Shown: positions 1 to 11,399 of the stretch, piece after piece
How positions within the stretch are numbered: the stretch's first letter is position 1
How the letters are laid out: every line of letters begins with the position of its first letter
NCBI GenBank assembly: GCA_023213395.1
Contig: CM041465.1
Span: forward strand, 82,963,741-83,027,740
DNA: 64,000 nucleotides
Direction: 5' to 3'
DNA from: Cycas panzhihuaensis
Taxonomy: Eukaryota; Plantae; Cycadophyta
Position numbers and translations under genes: made by a program
The notes under the pieces: generated by a model
Databases searched by the model: none
Told to the model about the DNA's origin: nothing
The model's input: the letters and a program-made list of their open reading frames with translations, nothing else

Positions 1-1330
1 CTGGTATTCCCGTAGCTCTTTCTCCATTTGGAATCCTTGATAATTGGTCTGGAATAATATGAGCTTTTCCCGATTTTACAACAATTTTGAAAGAAAACTC
101 TTGAAATAACATCAGCCACCTGTTGATTCGACCCCTCATTATTGGCTTATTCATGAGGTACATGAGCACTTGATGATCCACAAAGAATATGAATGGATTT
201 GCTAGTAAGTAATGTCGAAATTTCTGCAATGCGTACACCATTCCGAGTGCTTCTCTTTCTGTCGTAGTTTAGTCTGCTCGGCTTTTGTAAGTTTTCGACT
301 TGCAAAATACACTGGATAATCTATCTTGTCATCACTTGGTTGAGCTAATACGCATCCAATAGCGTATAGCGAAGCGTCCACATGCACATGGAAAGTTTTT
401 GTCCAATCGGGAAATCGTAATATAGGTGCTGATACAATGGTTTTTTCGTAGTTTGAATGCATTACCGGGTCGTCTGTCCATTCCCATTCAATATTTTTCC
501 TCAATAGTTCCTCTAAGGGTCCTGATATGTATGCATATCCTCTGATAAATTTTCTGTAATATCCTGTCAATCCCAAAAAACCTTTCAATTGCTTCCTTGT
601 AAGCGGTATCGGAAAATGCAAAATTATAGAAACTTTGGCTGGATCTGTTAGCAATCCTTCTTTGCTAACGATATGCCCCAATAAACTCCCGAAGGGTACC
701 AAAAAGGTACATTTTTCTAGGTTTAGACACAATTTATTTTCACGACACATTTGTAGCATTTCTTTCAAGTTTTCCATATGATTTTTCATCAGCCCATATA
801 AGGTCCAATCATCCAAAAATACCGCCACTTTGTCTCTAATCATCTTCCGAAATATGTTGATTACTATTCTCTGGAATGTAGCTGGAGCATTTGTCAATCC
901 AAACGGCATCACTTTGTAGGCGTATGTCCCCCATTCGGTAACGAATGTGGTTTTGGCTTGATCTTCCGGAGCAATCTGTACTTGGTTGTATCTCACGAAC
1001 CCGCTGCTGAAAGAATATACCTCATTACCTCCCACAGTTTCCAGAACGTCTTCTGTGAAGGGTAATGGAAAGGGTTCCTTTTTTGTTACTTTGTTCAATT
1101 GTCTGTAGTCCACATAGACACGTATTTTCCCATTCTTTGGAACTACTACCACAGGGCTCACCCAATCGCTGTAATCAATCTCATAAATATACCTAGCTTC
1201 CAACATCTTATCTAGTTACGTTTTCATCTTTTCTTTGTATTTGGGATTCATTCTATATGGCCTTTGCTTTACTGGTTTCGCTTCTTATATTAGATCAATG
1301 TGATGCATTCCAATTTCGGGGGGAATCCCT
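1..1330 (-). pseudogene. Reverse transcriptase and RNase H of element A (disrupted)
   Basis: ORF 202..1206 contains WVSPVVVVPK, YVDYRQLNK, MPFGLTNAPATFQR, VFLDD, FLGLTGYYRKFI and HVDAS motifs. Confidence 0.95.
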
Positions 1331-1699
1331 TTCAGATCCTTATATGACCATGCGAATACATCACAGTACTCTTCAAACAATTGCTGAGCTTTTGCTATCA
1401 TCCGATTATCCCAATAGTCTCTGATCCGTATCTTTTTGGGATCTTGTTGACTTCCTATATTGATTTCAGTAATTTTTGCTTTAGTCACTTCAATTTCACC
1501 TTCGTTTCCGAGTTGATGGATAGGAGTATGTTCTAATTCTCTTTCTCTAATGTTTATTTCTGTATATTTTGCAGGATAGTTTGGACTGTCTTCTTCTGAT
1601 TCCTCCTTCTCTTCATTTGCTACTCTAATTCCCTGTTCTAAGTTTATACTTATTTTTCTAATATTTTTTAGGATTTTGTCGACTTTCTTATCTTCTGCT

Positions 1700-2170
1700 G
1701 AGTATGTAAAAGATTTTATGAAAGATCCCTTCAAGTTTTCCCAATTGATATCCGAATTTCGTTCATTTCCTAAGAACCATTCTTTTGCAACTCTTCCTAG
1801 GGTATGATAAAAGTGATTAACCCAAGTTCCTTTTGGTATTCCTAAAAGGATCCACCGCCACTGCTTCTATATGTGTTCCTCGGGATTATTACCTATATGG
1901 AATAATGGAATAGTTAATTGATTTGAGTAATCGAATCGTATTCTAAATGCGGTTAATAAATCTTTCCAATTTTGGAGGGTAGCTTGGTGGGCGAAGTACC
2001 AATACCAAGCCGTTTCCCTTAGGGTTAGTATCAAATCTATCTGCCATTGGTTTTTATCCCAGTAATCATTTTCTATCCAATATTCTACACAATGAGTTAA
2101 GTGTGTAGTTCTGTACAACTGGTCTCCGTAGAAAGGTTTAACATGATTCCCAATATAAGTTCCGAAGTTA
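1700..2170 (-). pseudogene. Two tandem capsid (Retrotrans_gag)-like domains inside the pol region of A
   Basis: KPFYGDQ...LILTLRETAWYWY...QNWKDLLTAFRIRF is followed, after one stop, by IPLFHIGNNPEEHI*...WVNHFYHTLGRVAKEWF...NWENLKGSFIKSF. Both match the L..A..W[YF]...W..L...F...F capsid pattern also seen in gag at 4500-4928. Confidence 0.7.
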
Positions 2171-2859
2171 AGTTCTTCCAGGATAATTATTTTATTTCCT
2201 AGACCTGAGTCTATAGAAGTACTTTCCGCTAAGTTTCCTTCCATTCCCTTGGGTTTGGCGCCAATCATTGGAAGGGACCTACTACTGGGTGGGTATACTT
2301 CTAAAGAAGATGAGGAAGGAATATGACTCCCTTCTTCGGGTTGTACTAGTGGGGGGGGGATAGGGAATCTACTTCTGGACCCACACCGGAAGTAGATGGG
2401 AAATTAGGGCTACTACTAGTTATAATAAAACTATGAGAAATACTAGGTATACTAGGGGAATTTAGGTCTAGGTTTAAGTTAGTTTCTACACTATCTACCA
2501 GGTTAGTATTGGACACCATATACTCAAAAGAATTTGTGTTATTATCAATGTTTATAATTGCACATTTAGATAATAGATTACATCTATGAGAAGGAAATTG
2601 CACCTCATAAGCATCCTGCAACCAATAGTCCATGAATTTCATTCCATTCTCGTCGTCTAAAGAGTTGTAAATGTCTCTGAAGCGGGTCGGTTCCTCCTCC
2701 TGGGAATCAACTAGTTGAGTAGGTTCTTCAACAGTATGAAAAAGATGTTCTTCATTCAACGAAGAAGCTATGGCCTCACTCGTAACTGTTGTACTTGATC
2801 CATTGTCAGGTATTACTTTGATGGAGTTCCTCCCAAGCATCGGTAGCACAACTTCACTT

Positions 2860-3433
2860 CCCCCATCCAACAGAGTAAAAGTTACATTTTTCCAATTCTG
2901 TAAACATTGGGTTTTGTATAGCCATGGCCTCCCTAATAAGCCGGATAGGGTATTCCTCCCTTTTCCGTTTCCACGATTGTGAAATCAATTTTCACCACAA
3001 TTCCTACCACATCTACTCTGATATCTGCTAATTTCCCCACAGGTCGCACCAGAAGTTCATTCGCCAACTTCAATGAGTACGTTGTTGCTTCCAGCTTTGG
3101 GCTCCCCAATTTCCGCCATGTGGAAGTAGGCAGAACATTTACTGCTGCTCCCCCATCAACAATCACCTTCGGAAATGTTTCTCCTAATACTGTAATTGTC
3201 ACTGCAGGATCCACATCAAACGATAGCATAACTTTCTTCAAACTTTTTGTAAACCCTTGCTGTAGTATACCTCCCTTGATCCAATCGATCACTTGGTGTA
3301 AGGGGATGGTTAGTTGTAATTGTTTTACTAAATTCTCCATTAACAACAACATCCTTGGGATATCTTCTGCAGGCAATCCTTTAAACAATTCCTCGATTTG
3401 CACCATTTGAGGACGATTCTCTAGTTCCTCCAA
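2860..3433 (-). pseudogene. Retropepsin aspartic protease of element A
   Basis: VIVDGGAAVNVLP...LKLAN...PVGKL...DFTIV, followed by an LLGRPWL-type motif in a shifted frame. Confidence 0.9.
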
Positions 3434-3649
3434 TATCTTTTCTTTTTCCTTCTACTTATTTTTCCTTACATACACCTTTGTAACTTCTGGTTTTCCCATT
3501 GGCAACATAGCTTCTTCCCGAGCTAGTTCTTCCACTACCTGCTTAGCCTATTGAAATCTATTGATTTCTGTTTGTGGGTTTGGATACCCATCTTCCTCAA
3601 CTTCCGTTTGCTTCCTTTGCAATGATCGTCATCAAATTGGTGGCTTTTG

Positions 3650-5410
3650 CTTTTCCCTTACAATCTTCCGTTTTGTGCTCACTTGGTCCACAATTGCTGC
3701 ACACAAACGGTTTATGCTCATACTCCTGTTTAGTTGGACATTCTGATTTCCAATGTCCAAACTATAAACATATTAAACATCTCCCCATTGGCTGTCTCTT
3801 TTTGGATGACTCTGGTGTACTCCTTGTTGTATACACATTCCGGGGTGGGTTGCCTCCTCTTCCCCTACCTCGTCCTCTGTATGCGCTTCCTCATGGATTA
3901 AAAAAGCAACTTTTAGTTGTATGGTTATCCACATCACATATGTGGCACCATTTCTCTGATTGGTGTAACACATTATTTTTGGGATTAATGGCACATTCTT
4001 TCGTCATATGCGAATTCTCTTCGCAAATATGACACCATTTTTCCACATGATCCTTCTTTTTCTTTGTTGTTTCTTCTTCCCTACCGTTTCTCATTTTTAG
4101 CCTTGCTACCTCTTTTCTTAAGGCTTCAACTTCCTCGACCTCTTCCGATACTCCTACTAATGTAAGGCCGATTATGTTGAGTCTGCTTTTATTTCCCTAA
4201 TTTCTTCCCCGCAACCTCAATAGGAGAGGGTCATGTCCTCCCACCTGGGCATCCATCTCCATTTCGAAGTCTAATGCCAAATCCTGAGCATTCTTAAAAG
4301 ACTTCAACGGGTGTGCTTACATCAAAGACCTTAGTTTCTCATTTAGTCCTTTGACGAAATAATTCTTCATATTGTGATCCGTCACTGTTTCGTTTATCAT
4401 GTTCGCCGCAATAATTTTCATTCTCTCGATATAGGTCAAGACCGATTCACTGTGTCTTTGCTTTATCTCCTCAAAGCAATTTCCACTACCTCATTGTTTC
4501 TAAATTTCAAATCTTTCCTCAAAAGATTTCCTGATCTTAGCCCATGATTCATTCTTGTCTATTTCTTTGTACCATGCCAATGGTACTCCCCTCAATGTAC
4601 ATGCAAATCTCACTTTGATCTCATCTTCATCCGTAATCTTCTTCACATCAATCAAATTCTGAAATAGGTATGCATGCTCGGCTGCATCTGAAGTGTCATT
4701 GAAGATTAGCTTCCCAAAATCTCTATAGTCGTCCATCCTTGGCGACTGCACTGGCATTCCACTTGCTGGAGATTCCCCGCTTTGTGTTTCCTCCAAAGAT
4801 TTTGTCTCTTCTTCTTTACCCTTCCCTTCTGGGGGTGTGTTTAGAGTGCTTCTAGCGATATTATCTTTTCCAAATAATGGATTCTGAAAAGGTGTTTTCA
4901 GGTGTATAGGTTTCAACACACCTGGCACTTGTATCGTTACAAATGATTGATCAGACTCTTTGTCTGTCGAATCCTCAAAAAGCTACCTTGTTAATTTGTT
5001 TTCCCAATATGCCGAGGGACCTTCCTCTGCCCTCTTTTCGTTATCACTTAGGTCCTTCGAGGTGTGCTCCTCCGGTATACTCTCCTCTTCCCTTAGGGTA
5101 TCCTTATGTTCCTTACTTATTTTTGGTTTTTGTTCCCATTATGGGCTAAACAAATCATCCTTAATTGGTGTTAATACCATTCGTTCGCCATTATTCTCCT
5201 CATTCTCCTCCTGAGGTGTCTGGGCTCCACTTGCCTCACCTTCTTCAACGGACTGTCCTCTAGTCTCGTTGTTTTGCGAACTTAATCTCCTCGCCCTCCT
5301 TAATTTTGACTCCTTTGCCCAACGTATGCTCTTTGTCTATTGGTTTCTTTCCCCTTTGGTGAAGTATCCTTTTGAGCCTCCTCTGTCCTTGAAGGTCTTT
5401 TTGGTGGCAT
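3650..5410 (-). pseudogene. gag of element A (capsid plus nucleocapsid with four CCHC knuckles), disrupted
   Basis: FACTLRGVPLAWY...SWAKIRKSFEERF capsid motif. Knuckles CHICEENSHMTKEC, CHICDVDNHTTKSC, CLICL*FGHWKSEC and CSNCGPSEHKTEDC. Collinear with gag of element D. Confidence 0.9.
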
Positions 5411-5536
5411 TGGAAGGTCCCCTTGCTACTGGAGGCTTAGTTACAGTCTACCATCATGACGACAGCCAGGGTCCTCTGCCCTTTATACATTCCTCTTTTT
5501 GAGACTCCTGGGCCCTGTCCCTCCTTAATGGACGTA

Positions 5537-5549
5537 GGCAACGGAATCA
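5537..5549 (-). promoter_or_regulatory. Primer-binding site of A, complementary to the tRNA-Glu 3' end
   Basis: Plus strand GGCAACGGAATCA versus the plant tRNA-Glu 3' end GGCAACGGAACCA (recalled), 1 nt from the LTR edge. Confidence 0.8.
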
Positions 5550-5550
5550 A

Positions 5551-6359
5551 TGTTCACTTGGGGGATTATCTTATTACACTTATGAGATAAACACACTTGT
5601 CAATTACACAGATTATAGTCTAGTTAAGGATACAGTCAACATATCATCACAGAAAGTACACATACTCCTTCTTAACTTCATACCACATAGCATAATCATG
5701 TAATAACACGTAATTCAAGACACATTCAGCCATATAACACATACAATATCAATTCCACGTAACTCTTCTTTCCATTAAGCAATAAGTTTGATTACACAGA
5801 GGGTTGGAATGCATTCCTGCATTCTAGCAACATACACACTTCATTACATGCGTACCTGTGTGGTACTCATCATTATACACGGCCCAATTGGCTGTCATAA
5901 TGCATCGGCATCCACACCATTGCGTACCCTAAATATTCAACTCTCACCCTAACCGAATGGTCCTTGCGAGCTTCCTTAAATGTGCCTCTTTGTACCTTTT
6001 GGTCAAGGGTTATGATCTGTCATTACAACCGCATTCTCGATTGAAGCGACATTTTCATTAATCATTGGTTACACCTTAACCAATGCCTTAATCTCGTCAT
6101 GACGTGCACGCACGTGCTGCAACTCCCTGTGCCCCACCGGTCCCATACCGCTGCGCATCGCTCGCCTATTTCCGTTTCTACCGATGGTACGACCGTGTTA
6201 CGATCTGCTCTGCACGCACCTATCATACGCACTCCAAAATGCTAGTTTTTTCCTTCGCTTTTGCCTCGCGTGCCTCCGTATGGTCCGCATCGCACATCCG
6301 TGGTTATCCACCCCACCGGGTCTTCCAATGACCCATATGATCCAAAATATACCCCAACA
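5551..6359 (-). repeat. 5' LTR of element A
   Basis: TGTT...AACA termini, adjacent PBS, and patchy similarity to the LTRs of D (TTATGAGAT, ATTAAGCAATAAGTT, GTTGGAATGCATT, CCCAACA end). Confidence 0.8.
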
Positions 6360-6489
6360 TCAGCCTAAAACCTTAATAGGTTATTGGGCACCTCATGTAT
6401 AAATATATAATCTATCTCTCATAATACACAAGAGAGTTCATTATTTTCTCACATCAAGCTCTGATACGTCTGGATTTCTTGATCTAACA
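6360..6489 (+). repeat. 3' portion of another LTR, into which A probably inserted
   Basis: TATAAAT box and a TCTAACA end abutting copia coding sequence. Confidence 0.45.
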
Positions 6490-9400
6490 AAGATGAGACC
6501 ACCTTTATCACAGCCTTGGCTACGTATACTTGGAGCAATGAAGACTGGTTCATAGACTTTGGTGCATCCAATCACATGTTAGAGAGAGGTGATTGGTTCG
6601 AGACACTTCAATTGTATTTCTTCAATAAAACAGTTGATCTTTGTGACAATTTTCCATTACACATCAAAGGCAAGGGAACAATTGCAATTAAAATCAATAA
6701 CAAAGTCAAAAGAAATGGTAATGTATTGTATGTTCCAAGTTTAAAGAAAAATCTACTATTAATGTCTCAAGTAAGGAAAATGAAATTTTGTGTTATTTTG
6801 ATAAAGATGGAAAAGGTTGTATTTGTGATATAAAATAAAATGAAGTTGTAATAGCAGAGGGAATAGAGACTGACAACCTCTATAAGTTAGTCATTACTCA
6901 TATCCCACCTCTTCTTGTAAAATCTTTTGTTGTTAGCAACCCTGTTAATGAAATGTGGCATTCCAAGTACGGACATATTGCAAATAGGAAGTTAGAATTA
7001 TTAAAGAAATCAAATATGGTAGACGGACTTCCTAACATGTCTTTTAATCCATTCATTTGTAAAAGATGCATGGTTGGAAAACAACATAGAACTCCATTTT
7101 AAGAAAGCACATGGAGAGCTAAAAAAGGATTAGAATTAATTCATACAAATTTGTGTGGTTCAATTATACCAAATTTTGTTAAGGGTGCAAGGCACATTTT
7201 TACCTTTATTGATGACTTCACTAGGAAAACTTGGGTGTATTTTCTCTTCTACAAATCATAAGTGTTAGATGTTTTTAAAGAATTTAAAGCCCAGGTGGAG
7301 TTAGAAAGTGAATGTACGATCAAAATTCTATAGTCAGATGGAAAGGGAGAATATATTTCAAATGATTTCTGTCATTTTTATAAACTACATGGAATTCAAA
7401 GGCAAACTGCTACTCTTTATACTCTTTAGTCAAATGGAATATTTGAACAAATGAATAGAACAATAATGGAGATGGCTTGGTACATGATAAATGAAAATAT
7501 TATGTCAAAAACTTATTGGGCTAAGGCAGTCAATATGGCCACATATTTTATGAACATAAGTCCTACTCAAGTCCTTGATAAGATCACCCTCAAATAAGCT
7601 TGGACATGAAGAAAACTAGATGTAAGTCATCTCAAAATCTTTGGTAGTAAAACTTATGTTCACATTCCTAACAAAAAAATAATAAAACTAGATGATAAGA
7701 GTATATAATCCATAATGATTAGATACAATAATAAATCTAAATCATATTGATGCATAGACCTTAAAACAAACAGAGTCTGTGTTAGTAGAGATGTAACATT
7801 TGATGAAAGTGTAGCCAACAGTGATCGGGATACATTTATAAAAGGAAAGATTGTTCAGAGACAGATTGAAAAAACTACAGTTAAAAAAACAATCACTCTA
7901 AAAAAAGAGACCTCTGAGGTAATCACTTTGGAAAGATATTCCTTTGAAGAAGAGCTTTAAGAAGAAAATGAGCAAGATACCTCTGAGAGAGAGTTTCAAG
8001 GAAATGAACAAGATACCTTCGAAGAAGAATTTCAAGAGGTACATAGTTCATAGGAAGAAAAGACCACCAGCAGTGAGACCAAAAAATTGCCAAAGTGGTA
8101 TATGAAAACTATTGAGGAATCAAAAGGTGATGTCTTTAAACATAGAACAAGATCTTAGAAACATCAAGCCTTGATATGTTTTGTTGAACCAAAAAATTAT
8201 GCAGAAGCATGTAGTCATATAGAATGGTAAAAACCCATGGATATAGAAATTAATGCCATAAACATAAACAAGACTTGGGAATTAGTCCTTGCACCTAAAG
8301 ATAAACCCATTGTTGGATGCAAATGGGTATACAAAATAAATGAAAGGTCTAATGGTACCATCGAAAAATACAAGGCCAATCTTGTAGCAAAAGGATACAC
8401 TTAAACTATAGGAATTGACTATGAAGAGACCTTTTTTTCAGTAGCAAAAATGATAACTATCATTTTTGCTCTACCATGGCGATAACTGTCACAATAGTTA
8501 TCGCCATGGTAGAGCAATTTGGATGGAACATCATACAACTTGATGTTAAAAACACTTTCTTGAATGGAGACCTAAACAAGGAAGTATATATGGAGTTGCC
8601 TTTTAGATACATAAAGAAAGGTAAAGAACATCTTGTATGTAAGCTCAAAAAAGCTCTGTATGGACTAAAACAAACAACCAAAGCTTGGTATGCAAAATTG
8701 GATTAGTATCTCAAACAAGAAGGCTTTATGTCAAAACAAATAAAAGTGATTTAATCACAATCATAGTAGTATATGTAGATGATATGATAGTTGCAAGGAA
8801 TGTTGATGACACGATTCATCAACTAAAAACCCAAATGTTTTTGAGATGACAGATATGGGATTAATTCATTGCTATCTTGGTATTGAAGTAGATCAAAGAG
8901 AATCCCATCTTTGTGTCGCAGACAAAATATGCAAAAAATCTCCTTAAAATAATTTAAAATGGAGGATTGTAATGACTGCACACCTCTAATAGAAATAGGA
9001 TGTACATTGACAATAGATGGGGATGGACAAAAAGCTGATGAAACTTTATACAAGCAACTGGTTGGTAGCCTCATTTATCTAACAGCCATTAGGCTAGACA
9101 TTTCATATTCAGTTGGAATAATTTCTAGGTATATGAAAAGACCTAGAGTTTCTCATTATAATGCTGCTAAGAGGATACTAAGGTATATCAAAGGGACCTA
9201 CACATTGGGATTAAGCTATGCCAAAGCATCAAACTTTGAGCTAACAGGATATAGCGACTTAGATTGGGCCAAAGATTTCTTAGATCAATTGTTACATCAT
9301 GTAGTAAGAAACAACCCATCGTTGCTCTATCTTCAACCGAAGCAGGGTACAAAGCAGTTGTAACTGCCACATATAAAGTAGTGTGGATAAGAGAATTGCT

Positions 9401-9892
9401 CAAAGATTTAAAACAAGAATAGGTCTAAGCTACCCCTATCTTCTGTGATAATCAATGTGTTATTAAATTAACTAAAAATCTTGTGTTTCATACTAGAACG
9501 AAACATATTGAAGTACATCATCATTTTATTAGACGAAAAATACAAGCAAAAGAGATAAACTTATAGTACCATGCCAATAAAGATCAATTTGTAGACATAT
9601 TTACAAAACCCTTATCAAAGGACAAATTTTAGTACTTTAGAGAGATGCTTGGAGTTAAAAATAAAAGATAAAACACTAACAGAAGGTGTTAAAATATTAA
9701 TGCTTTATCTTATAGCATCCTTTTAAATTAGACTTTTTGAGGATTATGTGTCTCAACCCCTCTTTAAATCTATCCTGACACTTGGCCTACAAGCATAGGC
9801 CCACTCGTGTACAATCTATGTATTTATATAAGAGTATTTCTCTCCTTCATTAATGCAAGGAAAAATTCTCTTTTGTTCATGCTGTTTTAACA
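6490..9892 (+). mobile_element. Ty1/copia retrotransposon B (protease to 3' LTR), decayed; 5' part displaced
   Basis: WFIDFGASNHM protease, GAG-pre-integrase/integrase (LELIHTNLCG, FIDDFTRKTWVYF), RT (QLDVKNTFLNGDL, LKKALYGLKQ, YVDD) and RNase H (YSDLDWA, RTKHIEVHHHFIR) in copia order. Confidence 0.93.
9687..9892 (+). repeat. 3' LTR of copia B (206 bp)
   Basis: Perfect 8-bp terminal inverted repeat TGTTAAAA...TTTTAACA, preceded by a purine tract (AGAAGG) just after RNase H. Confidence 0.8.
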
Positions 9893-10426
9893 TATGTAAA
9901 GTACATTTAAGGTAGTTTGTTAGTTAATTAATTAATCTATCAGTTAGATAGTTAGGGAATAGTAAGTAGGTTTGTTAAACTAACTAAGATTGTTAATTGG
10001 ATAATTTGTTAGGTAGGTTTCATGTAATTAGAAAAGACCTCAATATAAATTGAAAGGAATATCATTGTATAATCATTAAAGTGTGTGTAATGTGATTCTA
10101 AGTCAATGCTTAGAGATAACAAAAGAGAATTGATTATTCATCACCTCTTTGACAATCAATGCTAATTAGGTAACGTTCTATGAGTTTTTCAATCACTGAG
10201 TTTACACACCACCTAAGGAAGAAAAGAAGAGACAAACCAAATCTCAACAAAAGGTTGAGGTGGTCCCTCAACTCTTCCAACCACATGGAATTAAGATAGC
10301 CGCCTGCCCCCCCTACTGCTTAGAAATGGAAAAACTTGCATCAAACACATAAACTAGCTTGATTGGGGATTAATTCCATAGTGCACTAGCCTTTCCCTTT
10401 GACTAAGTGAGTCCTCAGATCTAACG

Positions 10427-10428
<2 letters not shown>

Positions 10429-10456
<28 letters not shown>
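10429..10456. repeat. (AG)n microsatellite
   Basis: Direct reading. Confidence 0.95.
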
Positions 10457-10461
<5 letters not shown>

Positions 10462-10916
10462 TCTAAATGCAACTGTATGCACTTTAGCCCTTATGAAGAC
10501 AATGAACAACCTATAGTAGAAAGAAAACACACCAGGCAATGCAAGAGAAGAAACAAGCAATCAAATCAAATGAGCTAACAAACTCAAGCACATGAAGAAA
10601 AGCAAAGAGTTAATTTTAACCAAAAGATTCCTTAGGTTCTAAATGCACTTACAATGGGATTTCTCAATCAACTAAAAGAAATGTCCCTTTTAATTGAAAT
10701 TAAAAAGAGGAAAGGAAAATGGTTTGACTTTTTATGTTTTTTTTGGGGTCTTATCTCCTCCTTCTTACTTAGTCACTCTGGTATTAAGGAATAAGAGAAA
10801 ACATGTGAAGAAAACACGATTATGCAAAGAGATGTTAGTTAAGGCTCTTTGCAACACAAGGGTAAAGCAAATAAGGAATGGATAGCACCTACTTTAAACG
10901 GAATGAAATGCTATAA

Positions 10917-11378
10917 TGAAGTAAACACCTTCCTTTGTCACTCGCAGAATCCTAAAACATCTAAAAAAAAGTCAACTGGAAAGTTACTAATGGTAACAAA
11001 AGTACAAAAATAGTAAATACACCAATCACAATGGACGAGGAATGCAATCTGCAGAGCTAGCCAAAACTGCTCAGAATACCTCGATTCACCCAATATCATG
11101 CTTGAGATGGCCAATCTTCTTCGATGCTAGGTTACTTCCAAAAATTGCAGCCCAAATGGGCAAGCTAACTGTAGCCCTAAAAGTTGAGTTTATGCTAAGA
11201 GAACACAACCACATGACGATTTGGAATGGGGACTCCAGCCCCTATGTATAGAGACATTTAATCTTCTAAAGGAAGCTAGCTAGAAAATAGACAGTTCACT
11301 GAGACTGAGCTTAACATCAAGTCAACTAGAAGACAAGCGATGACTAGTTAAAGTAGGAGAGAAATTAGGAATGTAACA
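10917..11378 (-). repeat. 3' LTR of C
   Basis: Direct repeat of 15952-16414 with TG...CA termini. Confidence 0.93.
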
Positions 11379-11399
11379 AGTCCCTCCCCTCTAAAATAT

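Larger units (their letters stand above)
1..6359 (-). mobile_element. Ty3/gypsy LTR retrotransposon A (non-chromoviral, Athila/Tat-like), decayed; 3' end lies outside the window
   Basis: On the minus strand the order is LTR, PBS, gag, zinc knuckles, protease (IVDGGAAVNVL), RT (PFGLTNAPATFQR, FLDD), RNase H (VHVDASLYAIGCVL). RT-RH following protease is the gypsy order. Many in-frame stops and frameshifts. Confidence 0.93.

Noticed and set aside
2979-3410. Plus-strand ORFs conserved between A and D (also 26548-26940, 3574-4032)
   Set aside because: They are antisense shadows of protease/gag, and their conservation is explained by the sense frame.
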